From Saccostrea echinata (taxonomy: Eukaryota), in contig NW_026889761.1 of the NCBI RefSeq assembly GCF_033153115.1, forward strand, positions 9,176,001 through 9,240,000: 64,000 nt of DNA, written 5' to 3'. Below are positions 12,860-26,113 of this stretch, in pieces. Below the pieces are notes generated by a model. The model saw only the letters and a list, made by a program, of their open reading frames with translations, was not told the DNA's origin and did no database searches. The position numbers and the translations under genes were made by a program. The first letter of the stretch is position 1. Each line of letters begins with the position of its first letter.

Positions 12860-15815
12860 CAGCTTATGAGGCTGACTTACGTCACCTCCAATGATTACCC
12901 CAAATGGTCGCGCATGTGACGTTTACAGTTGTTCTGCAAAAAACTGTAAAATCTGTGACATTTTGATTTCTAACACTTCTTTTACTAGTAGTCTTACTGG
13001 ACAGAGCTTCTATACCAAAACTTGGGAAAATCTGAACTGCAAATCTTCTAATGTTGTCTACGGAATAGAATGTAATCTTTGTGGACTTATTTATGTTGGT
13101 GAAACCAAGGGTTCACTTCATAAAAAAATATCGGGTCACAGATTTCAAATAAACAACGGGAGCCAGCAGCTTCTCTTCAAGCATTTTAATTTACCTGATC
13201 ATTCAATTTTGTCAATCAAAGTTAGAATTCTAGAAAAGATTTACCATCATACAAACAGTCCATCATTGAGTACACCTTTCCGTACACAACGAGAAGCATT
13301 TTGGATGAGAAAACTAATGACGGCCTTTCCCTTTTGATGCAATGACAATGTCGATAGTGTTGGGAATCTTTCCAGTCCACAGTGTAACAATATCAATGTG
13401 ATGGGACTTTTCAACCATAAACAGAGACGTAAACGTAGTCATGGGCATCGGTCTTACAATAAAATTTTAATACACGATGTCTCTTTTGATTCGTTACTAC
13501 CTTATGTAAATCTACAGTTAGGTATTCATCACATTCGCACCAAACTTTACGCTGTCCATTTGAAACTTTTGAGTAGTCTACTTGAAAAGGTCAAGAAAAG
13601 TCCATTTTTTGATTCCTCGACACCAGAATACAGGCTCGGATCTGTGAGATTATGGATATTGCAAATTATAGGCTATTAAAACCACCACGTTTTACAGAAA
13701 AAAATGCAGCTAAAACAAACAGTTTTTTCCTTAAACTCCAATATGGCAACAAAGGAATTGACGCGGTTAAGATAAGTAATATTCTAAATCACAAAAGGGT
13801 CCAGTCTTGTATTTCACCATATTTCAAGTTGAGGACTACAACTTGTATTTCCTACAAATATACATCGACTATTGCTTCCAAACTTTTTCATTACAAGAAA
13901 ATTTTACAGGGCCTGGATATCGAATATTTGAAACATAATTCTCCTTCGTGTTCATGTTCTTCTTCACCCTATAACTATAGTAATGCTGGACACGTTATTA
14001 CTGATGACTTAAATATAGTTAATAATAAGGACCTTAGATCACTAATTTTAAAAGGTCCTAAATATAAGGAACTCCGATCCTTTAACTGGCGTCATAATGT
14101 CATACATATTATGGGTTCTGTAGAGGATTACGCCAGGCGTTGGGTCAGACATGAAAAAGACCTTGACACTTTGTCAGAATGGATTAAATGTATCAGATAT
14201 ATGTTAAAATCTCGCATTAAACGATTGAGGGGCAGTATGAAAACCATCTATCCTTCTGTAATCAATGATTCAGAAGAGAAAAAAGGAATATTAGGTAGAT
14301 TACACGATCAGAACGTACTGGTCCCTGCTGACAAAGCAGGTAACAACAATATCTTTGTTTGTAAGGCTCATTATATAAATTGTATTTTAGAGGAACTGGG
14401 ATTTAATTCTACAAGTGTTAGTCCAACTTATACCCATAGCTCCCTTTCTAAGGAGGAAATTCTTAAATATCATATGTCAGTTTTGAATATTTTAAATATT
14501 CCCAACAACCAAAATGAATTTGAATTATCATATCTTTATTGGATTCCGAAATCTCATACAATTCCTTACAAACAAAGTTACTCCTCAATGTTACTCCTCA
14601 CTAAGATATTAACAGTAGTGAAGGGGAAACTTCAAGAGTACTGTGCAACAATATATTCGAGAAGTGGTGTAAATCAGATGTAGATACTAAAAAATTTCAA
14701 GGAACATTTCAACATTTTACCAAAATCAACAACATAAAAACTTACGACTTTTCAACTTCATATACAAGTATTCCCCACGATAAATGAAAGTCCTGACTTT
14801 CTGAAAACGTTGACAACTACTTTTTCAATAAAAATGGAACTCGTAAATGTACTTACCTTTGCAAAATTACATTGTTAAAAAACAATCTGATTGTACACAC
14901 AAGTACTCTGAAGTTGACATTAAAAAGATGCTCGAGTTTCTGATTGAAAATATCTATGTGGTTTTTGGAGACCAGGTCTTCCCATGGAATTCCAATGGGT
15001 ACCAATTACTCCGTTATTAGCAAACCTATTTTTGTATTCATACGAATCGGAATTTGTTCAAAATCTTTTACGTGAAAAGAAGAAAAGACTTGATGTGGCC
15101 TTCAACTCGACATTTAGATATATCGACGACGTATTGTCAATTAACAATGTTATTTCCATTCTTATGTCGACACAATATATCCCGGTGAGCTTGAGATAAA
15201 AGATACCACAGAGTCTGACACATCTGTGTCATATTTGGATATTTTATTAGAAAAAGACGTTAATGGTAATCTAACAACATAGCTTAATGGTAAACGTGAT
15301 GATTTTAACTTTTCAATCGTCATCTTCTCATACCTATGCAACAATATACCCTTATCACCTGCATACGGGGTTAATATCTCTCAGTTGATTCGATACGCAA
15401 GAGCATGCTCTACGTATGAACAATTTCTAAAAAGAGGAAAGTTATTGACAAACAAGTTGATGAAACAAGAATATGAGCAGTCTCGTTTAAAGTCATCATT
15501 ACGTAAGTTCTATGGTCGATACAATGACTTTGTCAGCAAATACAATCTATCATTAAGTCAAATGCTGACTGACTTTTTCATACTTATTTTTAGTCCATTA
15601 TTTACACACTGAATTGTCGATGGATTTTTTCGTTATTTCCCGATCATGACAAGGAGCACACGGCAGATGTGACCGGTCGGCAGAGGATGCTCACTCCTCC
15701 ATGGCACCTGATCCCACCTCTGATGTCTTAGAGGTCCGTGTTTCCTCTGCTCCTATTTTGTAATGTTTAATGGACTTTTGAGCTCGAATACTGTTCGTTA
15801 TCTCCACATATTTCA
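12860..15815 (+). mobile_element. Near-full-length degenerate Naiad-clade Penelope-like retrotransposon (N-terminal GIY-YIG endonuclease, CxC linker, RT)
   Basis: ORF fragments in order: CSAKNCKIC and VYGIECNLCGLIYVGET (GIY-YIG with CCHH ligands); linker PSCSCSSSPY (CxC); RT motifs PADKAGNN, YWIPK, KTYDFST, GIPMGT..PLLANLFLY, FRYIDDVL, YLDI; multiple stops and frameshifts; conserved 3' UTR. Confidence 0.92.
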
Positions 15816-16225
15816 TTGTTTTCATTAACGACAATTATATTTTGACGTCTCCTGTAATCCACTCTAGTACCGGGTAACACCGAAAATCCTCAGTTCATAA
15901 TTTTGGTAGGGAATTCCTGTGTGTGCTATTGCTTTCACCTATATAGGGTTATTGTGATTTTCGTTCAAATGTCGAACAAGCTTTTTTTAAAAAGAAAAAC
16001 GAGAGAGAATTAAAAAAAATATATCATGTTGGGATCATGCTATTTATTCCTTTATTTTTAGCATGTTATTTGAATATCATATGTAATCAATGTTTAAATG
16101 TAAGTTCAAATTTAAAAGTAGCTTGACCATTAAGCTCTAAAGTTTCAGCAAAATTATATTCAAATGGTTCAACTACGCGTACTAATTTCGGCCTCCTTAT
16201 ATTTTTCGAAGACCCCTGGTTCTGC

Positions 16226-16652
16226 TGTAACGCTTGAAAGTGGACTAGTGCCTCTTAGATGTAGATGTCACCTCTGTTGCGAACAGTCGCAATTTCAAGA
16301 ACTTTTTATAATTGTAATTATGTAAAATCTAGAATGTTCTACGTGTTACCTGAATGAATGATCAAGAATGCTCTAGAATATGTGAGAATATGATGACCTA
16401 GAATTTTACAGGACTTTCTATTTCTAGATGTTTCCTTCATAGTATATAAGTGACAGTTTTTGTGATCATAGATGAGATTGAGAAAAGGATTGAGATTAGA
16501 TTAAAAACAAAGATTATGTATATATCAGAAAACATTCTGAATATCTTAGCTAATGTGGTATTGTGATTGCTAACCCTTGTGGATTTGTTATTTGCCTTTA
16601 ATCACCATAATAAATGATAAAGAAGATTTCCGTGTGACTGTGATTTGCCACA
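16226..16652 (+). mobile_element. Possible solo LTR
   Basis: TGTAAC...CCACA termini, TATA (gtatataag ~16442), AATAAA ~16608; no clear TSD. Confidence 0.4.
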
Positions 16653-16708
16653 ACCTTACTTCCAGAATGTTCACTCTTAACATTTCTAATTTTTTCAGCA
16701 TTTATCTC

Positions 16709-17063
16709 GCAGGCGCGAATCCAGAGATTATGACTAGGGGTTTGTTGGGACGAGCTTGTGTACATAGACAACTTTCAGACACAGAAATTTTTTGACAAGC
16801 AAAATAGAACAAAACAAAACAAGAAAAAGTTAACAACTTGCTAAAAAACTGGAAAAATCTTTTCTGGAGTGGGGTTAGAAAAAGGTAAAACACACTTTCC
16901 AAAAGTCAATTTTTTTTTCAGAAACCTAGCTTTCCATCCCATTTAGAGAGGTACGTATTCTCTAAAAGGGGGAGATGGGTTAATGTCATTTTTTTATTAC
17001 TTCTACAAAGAAATTTAATAACTCTGAAATTCCAGGGTGGGTGGGAATGGGGGTCTGCGCATG
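16709..17063. mobile_element. Degenerate MITE
   Basis: Imperfect terminal inverted repeats caggcgcgaatcc / gggtctgcgcatg. Confidence 0.4.
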
Positions 17064-18721
17064 TTTCGCGATTGACAATGAATAGCAGGATTAAAGTGGA
17101 ATGCGTAGATAAATAAATAGCATTACGAGGGCTGTTAGAAAAGTTTGAGGACAAGTTCTATCGTGAGTGAACAATTTGCCTGAAACCATTGAAACTCTGT
17201 AGATAAAAGCTAGACGTATTTTCCAGTTTTCCAATTTTTGTGTGTTCCGATGATCTTAAAAAATTATACAGCGATATTATTTTTTGGATAAGACATGCTT
17301 CACGAAGCATTTCACTTTCTCGCACATTTGCATTACATGAACATTTTTTTTTAAAATTAAAAATTAAACTGTTGTAGATTAATGATATCTCACTGTCGCT
17401 ACAATATTCATGAAGCGTCATTTTGCGAAATTTTAAATTAAATGGAGGGGATATGACTGTTTTATCTCTAATTACAGATTATACATGCGTAAAAACAAAG
17501 TCGAGAATGGCAACGTCATTGAACGTCTTGGAGCACCGAGCTATTAAAAAATAATGTCTGCAGACAGGGAAATTCCCGAAAAAGATTAAATTTTTCTGAG
17601 ATTTTTCTGGGTATTGCCTACACGTACATGTATCTAGGACAAGGTGTCCAAATGATAGTGGCTTTGTAAGAATGGAAGGATTGACCTTTTTTTTGATCAA
17701 CTCCTGTGTTACCTCAATACCCCACTTAAATTATCCCTGTGCATTATGCATTGTTACCACACCTGATCGCTTAACTTTGAGAAGCGCTGACTTTTACAGT
17801 TGACGGCTTACTTTGACATTTAAACCTGCATTATGTATTGAGGTACTGAATTAATAATAGACAAGAAAACATTAATAGTTATTGTAGGTATGGTGTTAGG
17901 GGTGCTTACATGATTTACCGGTATACAGTCAACACAAGAGATGATGGGAGGCAAAATAACATAACTTAAAATATATTATTCATGAGGGATAGTATCTCCT
18001 TTCAATTTCATTTTGCTGAAGAAGATAAATAAGGGAGAAAAAATATTTCGAAAGGGAAACTTGGCAGGAGTTGTTCAAGGTCGAAAGGAAGGGGGTTGAG
18101 GATAGGGTAGTTTCAATTCCCTTCTTAGACAACATGATAAGTGCTTTGAAAAACCATTATTACGTTTTAATTAACTGATCAGCTAAATATTTATATCCCA
18201 AAAGAGCTTCCGTATTTTTTCCTTGTGTAAAAGTAAGCCGTTGACTGTAAAGGTCAGCGCTTCTCGCAAAAGTCCATTTTCCGGTACTCCACAAAAGACA
18301 TGTTAGATAAAAATAACATATCCTGCTATAGTTCATATTTAATTTTTAAGTAGGAAAAAATATGAAAAGTTTATAGAACTGAAAAAAATTGGAACTGTGA
18401 AAAAGCTTAATAGGTTGTCATATTACCTAACGTCACATGTTTGCTTCGTGAATCTTGTGACTGCACGGTAAACATCACTGTATATTTTCAATATATTACT
18501 AAATGGACCTGATTTTTTACATACCTATAAAAAATATAAGAATTTAACAGGCATTCGTCATTCTTCAATGTACACAATAAATATTCCGTAAATCAATGTG
18601 TCAGCGATTTTTTTCTATCAATTTCGTATTACTATACGCATTAAACACAAAAACTATATTAAAAACATAGAATGACATATTTTTTGTGACATGATATAAG
18701 TAAAATAATTTTAGGCTAATA

Positions 18722-19960
18722 TGAAAAAAGTGAAGATAACAAACAGTGATCGATCTAAAAAAAAATCCACAAACAAAACAAACCAGTGAGCGAGACATAA
18801 AACACGGACCCTCCTCCCCCTCCGAAATTCCAGAGGTGGGATCAAGTGCCTAGGAGGAGTAAACATCCCCTGTCGACCGGTCACGCCCACCGTGAGCCCT
18901 AAGTATTGATCAGGTAGACTGAATATTCCGAAGTGAAAGGAGATGGATGTACATGACGAGCGATAAGCCTATAGTGTGACAAACATGAAGATGAAAAATT
19001 AAATTTCTATTAAATCAAAATTTTCCTTGATATTTCGTCTAACATTAAAATATACTTCATGTAAAATCTCTACAATTTGCAAAAATCCCTCAAAGTTTGA
19101 AATTATTTGCCTGTGAAATATTAGACACACACTAAAGCGGGCAAAAAGAGTCATTTTCGCGTACTATAACACTATTTATTCGATATGAGTGGGTCTTCGC
19201 TCCACCTTTTTGAAAGTTAATCCATAAAGTTTGCATAAAAATATACATTTTTGCTTACCAAAAATATGGAGCAATGACCGACTATAACTTAAAAATATAC
19301 TTTTATGACATAACATTCGCATCTTTTCGAGAAATACTTGAAGTCCATTAAGTCAAGGGTCATATCACAAACATGATTTAAATGCCACTGTTCGTCAGGA
19401 CTTGTGTAGTCTAGTGGTTAGCGTGTTAGTCTCGAAAGAAAATAATTCTAAGGATTTTTATTGCTAGGGTTCGAACCCCACGAATACCACATTAATTTTT
19501 TTAATAAAAGAATAAATTTTGCCGAGAAAATTTTCCTCAGAAAAGTTTTGTTTATCACAATTACATAAATTTCAATAATGAGAACTTTACTCTGAATATT
19601 AAATTCACAAACTGAACATGATTTTTATATTTCTGAAGCTATAGGCTTTCTGCACGCTATGTTCGCCCATCTCCTTTTGTATAAAAAGAAAGGCTTAACA
19701 ATTGGTATGAAAAACTCAGCCAAAGTGCGATTCAGTGATGTTATATTTGCTTACAAGGTCATTTTAACGACCACAGAATTTACGAAATGCTGACTTTTAA
19801 CGAGGTTGTTGAAATTGTTCCAACAACAACTGATCAGTTTTAAGAATTTTTAAGAATTGGTCGTACTCAGAGCATACGTATCGAAGAAGATGGGATAAAC
19901 CCAATATGCAGTTGATTGCGGAATACTGCTACGCAATGTAATGTGTGTATAACATGATAT
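18722..19960 (-). mobile_element. 5'-truncated Naiad copy (subfamily B), interrupted by a DNA transposon
   Basis: 3' motif at ~18800-18900; RT C-terminal relic resumes at 19676. Confidence 0.8.
18938..19675. mobile_element. Non-autonomous DNA transposon (AGG-ended TIR, Kolobok-like) nested in a Naiad copy
   Basis: TIR aggagatggatgtacat / atgttcgcccatctcct; inner IR aagcctatag/ctataggctt; Naiad sequence is continuous across it; TSD not clear. Confidence 0.7.
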
Positions 19961-20627
19961 GTAAACTGAAATTAACAGGTGTAACTAATGCAGTTACTGG
20001 ATTGCTCCTTATATGTATTCAACTAACAATTAGCAACTCTACTGCATAAAACATATTGAACATAAATAAATATGTCTTAATCAAATATTTTATATTCCTG
20101 AAAGTTTTATTGACCTATGCTGCATCATTGATGTAAACAAATAATAGCGGGTGTCCGAAACCAATATTTTCTCGATTCCCACTTTACAGCACCGCTGGTA
20201 AAGTGCTGATCTAGAAAATATTAGTTTTGGACTCTCGCTACTATTGGCACATGTGAATTGTCTGATTAAATTTATTATTTTTGAAATTACAAAATTAAAA
20301 TTATTTTCATGAAACAAATTGAACAAAAAGCGTTTGAATTACTTCCAGATCCAAAAAAGTGCTCAACATGGAAATATTACATGTAAATAGCTGTTTACAT
20401 CATGTTTTTCATGTACTCGCATTCGAATGACCTAAGGCTAGATGACTAATTGGACAAGTTAGTGGATAAATCTAACTTTAATTAAACGTTCTTCAATACT
20501 AAGGAGGCATACAACGTCCTTTATTCAAAGAAATTCATTTGTACACCTGTGTTGCAACTGATATCTGTAAAACATTGAAACAATACGAATACATTCAAAT
20601 TGTTAGGCCATTATTTATACACTGGTA

Positions 20628-20827
20628 TGTCTACGAATTTTTCCGTTTTTTCCCGATCATGGTAAGGAGCACACGGCGGGTGTGACCGGCCGGCAGGGGA
20701 TGCTCACTCTTACATGGCACTTGATCCCACCTCTGATGTTTAAGAGGTCCGTGCTTACTCTGCTTCTGATTTGTACTGTTTTAATGGACTTTTGAGCTTG
20801 AATACTATTCATTATCTCTGTATTTCA
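20628..20827 (+). mobile_element. Naiad 3'-terminal fragment (subfamily A)
   Basis: Closely similar to 15620-15815 and 37180-37380. Confidence 0.85.
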
Positions 20828-21143
20828 AGCGACTATCTGTATGTTTGTAACGAGTTCTTTTGGATTTTTTATGGCTGAGATGAAAGAACAAATTGAAAAA
20901 TTAACAACAAAAAAATTATTAATGAAAATAAACAAAAAAATTAATAATATTCTCTCTCCCTCCTTTCACACCACACACAAACTAGAAATAATATGAAAAC
21001 AGTTATTAACTTTACAAATATCTGATACTCAAATTACTTTTAAATCACAAGTCTTGTCTCAAATAACGTATCAGATACAATGATTCAAAATTATTGTTTT
21101 TTTTTATTTGAAATTAGAAAAAATTCAACTTCAATGAATAATC

Positions 21144-21923
21144 TGTATAAAGTCTTTGGAAATTCCTTTTCTTGATTTTATTCACATACAAAATTTATTC
21201 ACTAAATTCACTACTCGACACTAGTCACACAGGAAGGGTAACCGCCACCACGTGCTGATCCGCCCCCTGATAACCACACATGCGGAAAACCGACTTCGAA
21301 GGATTCACAACTCTAGCTGGAGGCCCGGACTCTCTGGTCTCACCCTCCTACTTGGAACGAAGGTAACACGTTTGTCCTTTACAACAATCCAACCCTCAGT
21401 ACCCGCATGACCATCCATAATGTCGCTTTACATCACACATTACTCTAATTGGTATCCGCCGAGAAAATGTGCCAAACACCCTCACGCCTCACGCACTGAA
21501 ATATCATACGTTTAACTAACCTTAAACGAAATTGACACCTACAAAAACTCCAAATACACGAATATACTTACAATATTGACAAACTGAACAAACAAAACAA
21601 ATACGCTTACCGGCTAGTGAGATAGGGAAAACACAAAAATATGCCAGTCCAAACGAGCCTTGTTCAAATGGCTACCCGTTTTACAGTCCTCTTAACTGCA
21701 GTTTTCGCCAGGACATAAGAACGTATAGGACAAGTAGAAACGTGGCATCCGGCTGATGTTGTTACCGCTTCCTAATCTGACCACTCTGGCCTAACCGATC
21801 ACTTATATAGTCCTTCTAAAAATAGCTAGCATTCTACACCCATCTATGGTCACCCAATACAGACAAAATTAAATCAACAAAACTATATCGAAACTACAAA
21901 ACAATTGAATCAACTTTATTACA
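21144..21923 (-). mobile_element. Probable solo LTR with TATA, Inr, a short intron and a poly(A) signal
   Basis: Minus-strand termini TGTAATAAAG...CTTTATACA; TATATAAG 21809-21802; TCAGATT ~30 nt downstream; donor G|GTAAGC at 21610; acceptor ttttgtag ~21539; AATAAA ~21199-21194; TSD unclear. Confidence 0.5.
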
Positions 21924-22245
21924 ATGTGTAAATGCGACAACTTGTTTATTAATATGAGACTGTTTGTTTATGCAACTAAACGTGAAAATTATGAAATTAT
22001 TAACGCTTGCTAGATTAAGGATAATAGCTTTTAAGGAGGCTGGGGGGGGGACAACAAATTAACCATCAGTTATAACTTATTTTTTTTTTAGATATGATAT
22101 CTTAAGCTGTCAACTATCATTTGGCAAAGAAAGAAATCATACATTTTAGTTTTAAAATTTGATCATTTTTTTATATCTTTATATGGAGCTCTTCTTCTAA
22201 AGGAGATCAATATAGTCTAAAAATGGCCACGACCACCCAGCCCTC

Positions 22246-22762
22246 TTAACTCTACTGGTCAGAGACCAGAAGAGCTTATGCATTGGTAAGGTGCCCGTCC
22301 ATTATGTGTGTATGTGTGTGTCTGTCTGTTTGTAAAAATAGAAATTTCTTTGAAACTCTTTCAAAACGCTACTCCTGTTACAGTTTTGGTTAAATTTCAA
22401 TAGATGTGGGACACATATAGACAATACTAATATACATACTTTTGTTTATCAGTTTTTGAGTTCAACTAATAGTGTTGCAATGGTTACTAAACAGAATTCC
22501 TTTAAAATTCTTTCAAGACAATACTCCTTCTACAGTTTTGTTTCTAGATTAATAATATTTTGTAATAGTATCGTTTTTCTCGACAAACGGTGTTTGCATG
22601 GGTACTAAAAATAAAAAAGGTCTTCAAATTCTTTTAAAACGCTACTCCTTCTATTGTATTGGTCTGATAAGACGTTTTTCACAAGTAGACTATACTTAGA
22701 CACAATTTTTCTTTTTAAAAGCACACACTAGTAGAGCTACCGACTCGTTAGAGACTTCTGGT
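22246..22762 (+). mobile_element. HINE, same family as 5001-6216, older copy with ~2.5 repeat units
   Basis: Same 5' end (ctctactggtcagagaccagaagagcttatgc) and 3' end (agtagagcta..gagacttctgg). Confidence 0.85.
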
Positions 22763-23100
22763 AATATTTTATAGTCATTTTGGTCATTTCTTGAAGCAGT
22801 ACAATACGTTCCACCCATTCTTTTTTCAGTTATTGTTTTTAGCTTAATTATTTTTTTTTTTACTTTCAAATGGACTTATAGAGTAAAAACGAGAAATACG
22901 ATGACGCCAAATACCGGTAATCCAAAATGCACTAATGCGTATCTACGGATATTGTGATTTTCGTCAAAATGGCGATCGAGCTTTGGTTTAAAAGAAATAA
23001 AGAATGCATAATGGAACTATATGTTTATTCAGAACACACTGTTGACTTCTTTTGTGCCGAACTGCGTTTAATGAAAGCTAGATTTATCTACAAATATGTC

Positions 23101-23400
23101 GGTCGCCCGCGTGGCGCAGTGGTGGAACGTTTGCTTTAGAGTCGCCGAGTAAGGAGTTATCAATACGTCGCGGGTTCGAATCTCACTGCTGGACGTGGAC
23201 GTGGGGACCGGTCTTTCGGATGAGACCGTATAAACCTAGGTCCCGTACGTGTCACAGTAGGTGCTGGCACGAAAAGGATCCCTCAATGGCCTTGAGTGTA
23301 GAGTATAGGTCTAAAATTTGCAGCCCTCCAAAGGCAAGTGGTGGCGTCTCATTAGGTGTGAAAATTCCTCTGAAAGGGACATTAAACAAAACAAATATAA
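23101..23400 (+). mobile_element. tRNA-derived SINE with a Meta/MESC-like central domain
   Basis: A box TGGCGCAGTGG 23112-23122, B box GGTTCGAATC 23173-23182, core tcggatgagaccgtataaacc..ggtccc..gcacg..gatccc, A-rich tail. Confidence 0.8.
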
Positions 23401-24073
23401 AACGATAAGTAGTAAGGCCTCTGTATGTCATTTAAATATGAGAACATTATGTTAAAAACTGAATTATTCCATACAAATTAATCATCGGGAATCTTCAATA
23501 CCTGTCCACGCCAAAGGATGAAAGTGTGTTTGTCGAGTGCAGAGGGGGTCATGCTATTTATTTATTTATAAATTATTTTAATATCGTGTAACTTATACTT
23601 AAATGTAAGTTCGAATTTTAAAGCAGCTTGGCCACAACAGTCAAAAATTGCAGCAAAAATACACTTTAATGATTCATTTCAGCATCTTAATACTTTTTCT
23701 GTGCATGTTTCGCGATTGATGATGAATAGCAAGATTAGAGTGGAATGCGAAGACAAATAAATAGAACTATAGTTTTGTTTTAAAGACCGAAAACTCTACT
23801 AAAAACATAATTATAATGACATTTTTAGTGATATGATTTAAGTTCCAGATTTTTTGGTTAATATCCAATAGGGATCCAATGTAAACAAATCCAAGTGAAT
23901 TCTCCATTTTATAATACCGTTTAAAATACTTTTTTAAAAAATAAAACAAATTATTCAGTACTTATTTATTTGGAGAAGGGGGAGGGGTGGTGATCGGGCA
24001 TATGCAATACATTATAAATGTGTGAATAAAGACTTGTTTATGAAACAAACAATCCTGCACCAGAGTGTATATA

Positions 24074-24285
24074 CTGTAAATCACTTTTTATTCGCGAGGA
24101 CTTTATTTTTGTGTAATTACGCGAGACAGTGTGTTCTCGCGAAAAGTTTTTATTCTCGCGTATAATAGTAATCCTCATGATTATGTAGTGCAATAACCAC
24201 TATTTGTGAAAATTTTGTCTCGCTTATAAAGAGACATTGACTATCTCGCGAAAATAAGGTATCGCGAAAATTTAGTTATATACAG
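24074..24285. mobile_element. MITE with TA target site (Tc1/mariner-like)
   Basis: ta|CTGTAAAT...ATATACAG|ta with internal TCGCGA repeats. Confidence 0.7.
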
Positions 24286-24362
24286 TATCTTGGGGAGGGG
24301 TTGTATTCAAGCACCTGATTTGTACTAAAGCTGTTGTGTCATGTGATATAATGTGTTGTTAA

Positions 24363-25136
24363 AGGACTTGTCCCATGTTTTTCAAAAATCCATAATTTTA
24401 TTAAAAATATTATCTACAACCCTGTTTATTAAAATACAATATAAGATAAAGGCTATTGTAAGCATATCTTAAGAGAAATTTAGAGTTGCAATTCAAAAAC
24501 GGCGATATGCATATTTCAATCGGATTTCGGCGCGATACTGCTGTGACGTCATATGCCACAATTCGGTGATCGAGAGATGATAAACTGCATACTTTTAACG
24601 AAGTTACATGTATCAACGACAAACGTGGGATAATAAGGAAATCTCTGGGGGAAAAAAAATCTTACATGCTTTCAATTACTATAGAAGTATAAATCTGTTC
24701 TGATTTAAAAATAAACATTTATTAAAAAATGAATTTATAAATACATGCATTATAAACGGACTTTCTGAATGTACATGTGTAATGATGTTAATAAGAAAAT
24801 AAAACAGAAATTTTAAATCACAAAGAAACTTGCTGATTGATAGAGGAGCTCGTCAATTTTAATAACAGTACATGATTATAGAAGAAAGGATAATTGGTAA
24901 AGATCCCTTCAACCTTTTAAACTACTGCACATGTCCCGGTCCTCTTTTTCAATGATGATTTAGTCGCTTATTTACATTATGATTTGATTTAAGATTATTA
25001 TACTGACTTTTGTTTTAATCAATAATTTTAATCACAGCGGTATTTCCGCAGTAGAAACACGAAATTCATAAACTGTGATCATGAGGAACATAATAGCTTT
25101 TAATTTCAAGTAACTGAGACACATGGGACAAGTCCT
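24363..25136. mobile_element. Non-autonomous Kolobok-like DNA transposon
   Basis: Perfect 16-bp TIR aggacttgtcccatgt/acatgggacaagtcct with TTAA TSD on both sides. Confidence 0.85.
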
Positions 25137-26113
25137 TTAATTTAAATGTATTCCTTTGAAAGTGATAAACTCATGATACAGCAATCAAACGTCGCACCAC
25201 ACCAAAAAGGAACATTAACCAAAAGTGGCAATTACCGGTGCCAAAAGTCGCAGATAAATACAGCAATCATACTCGCACTATCAAAAAACATAGCACTGCA
25301 TCAAAATTTGAATCTTATCAATAAATGCAATATAAGCGGGTGTCCGAAACCAATATTTTTTTTTCGATTTTCACTTTACCAGCAGTGATCATATTCGTAT
25401 TAGAGCAGGAGTATCACATTTGTGACTTAGAGCTCAGAGTACCTTAAGTTTCATTTAAATTTCGTGAATATAATACTTCATTATGTGTTTTGTTTTACAC
25501 TTTGTCAACTTTTCCAATATTCGTGTGGAAAAAGCAGTTGCTTGTAGATATCATTACACCATAATTCAGTCACTTGTCATGGCATTTAGCTCAGGAGTTT
25601 ACTAGGAATGGAACATTATAGATTTAAATATGTTTTTTTAAACAAAATTATTACCCGAGTACATATATACATGTATGTATCTTAGCTTATAGCCAAGGCT
25701 GGGGAGCTTTGGAATCTATTTAACATGGTAATATAATTGTACATTAATGTAACATGAGGTTATTTTTGTATTCAATCATCTTTCATACTTCATTCATCTT
25801 GTTGCATGTATATGCATAGATCATGGTCTGACAATAATTCAAATTAAACAATTGTAAAGAAATCATTATTTTTTAAAATCTAAGGTAGCAGATGCAATGA
25901 GCTAAATTATCAAGTATTATCACCAAAAGAAATCCATGCCTATCTTCTATTATTTTTCATAGAGATGAATTTTTCACATTTATAATAATATAATATTTCA
26001 CATTTAATTCCAATAAGGGATTGTAATTTTTTTTACCCCCTTTTCTATATAACAGTAAGTAAAACATCAGTTTTGTTCAGAGGGATATCTACATATAATT
26101 CTTCTTTTATCCA

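Noticed and set aside
13335-13337. In-frame TGA after the GIY-YIG domain as a possible selenocysteine codon
   Set aside because: The context PF*CND corresponds to the expected P-x-G-x-N motif, so GGA>TGA decay is more likely; the zinc-knuckle and CxC cysteines use TGT
19400-23190. tRNA genes at ~19400 and ~23105
   Set aside because: A and B boxes are present but there is no acceptor or anticodon stem; these are SINE/TE-derived
23218-23275. cggatgag...cgaaa in the SINE as a hammerhead ribozyme
   Set aside because: The core is CGGAUGA rather than CUGAUGA, I could not build convincing stems, and it is explained as the SINE central domain
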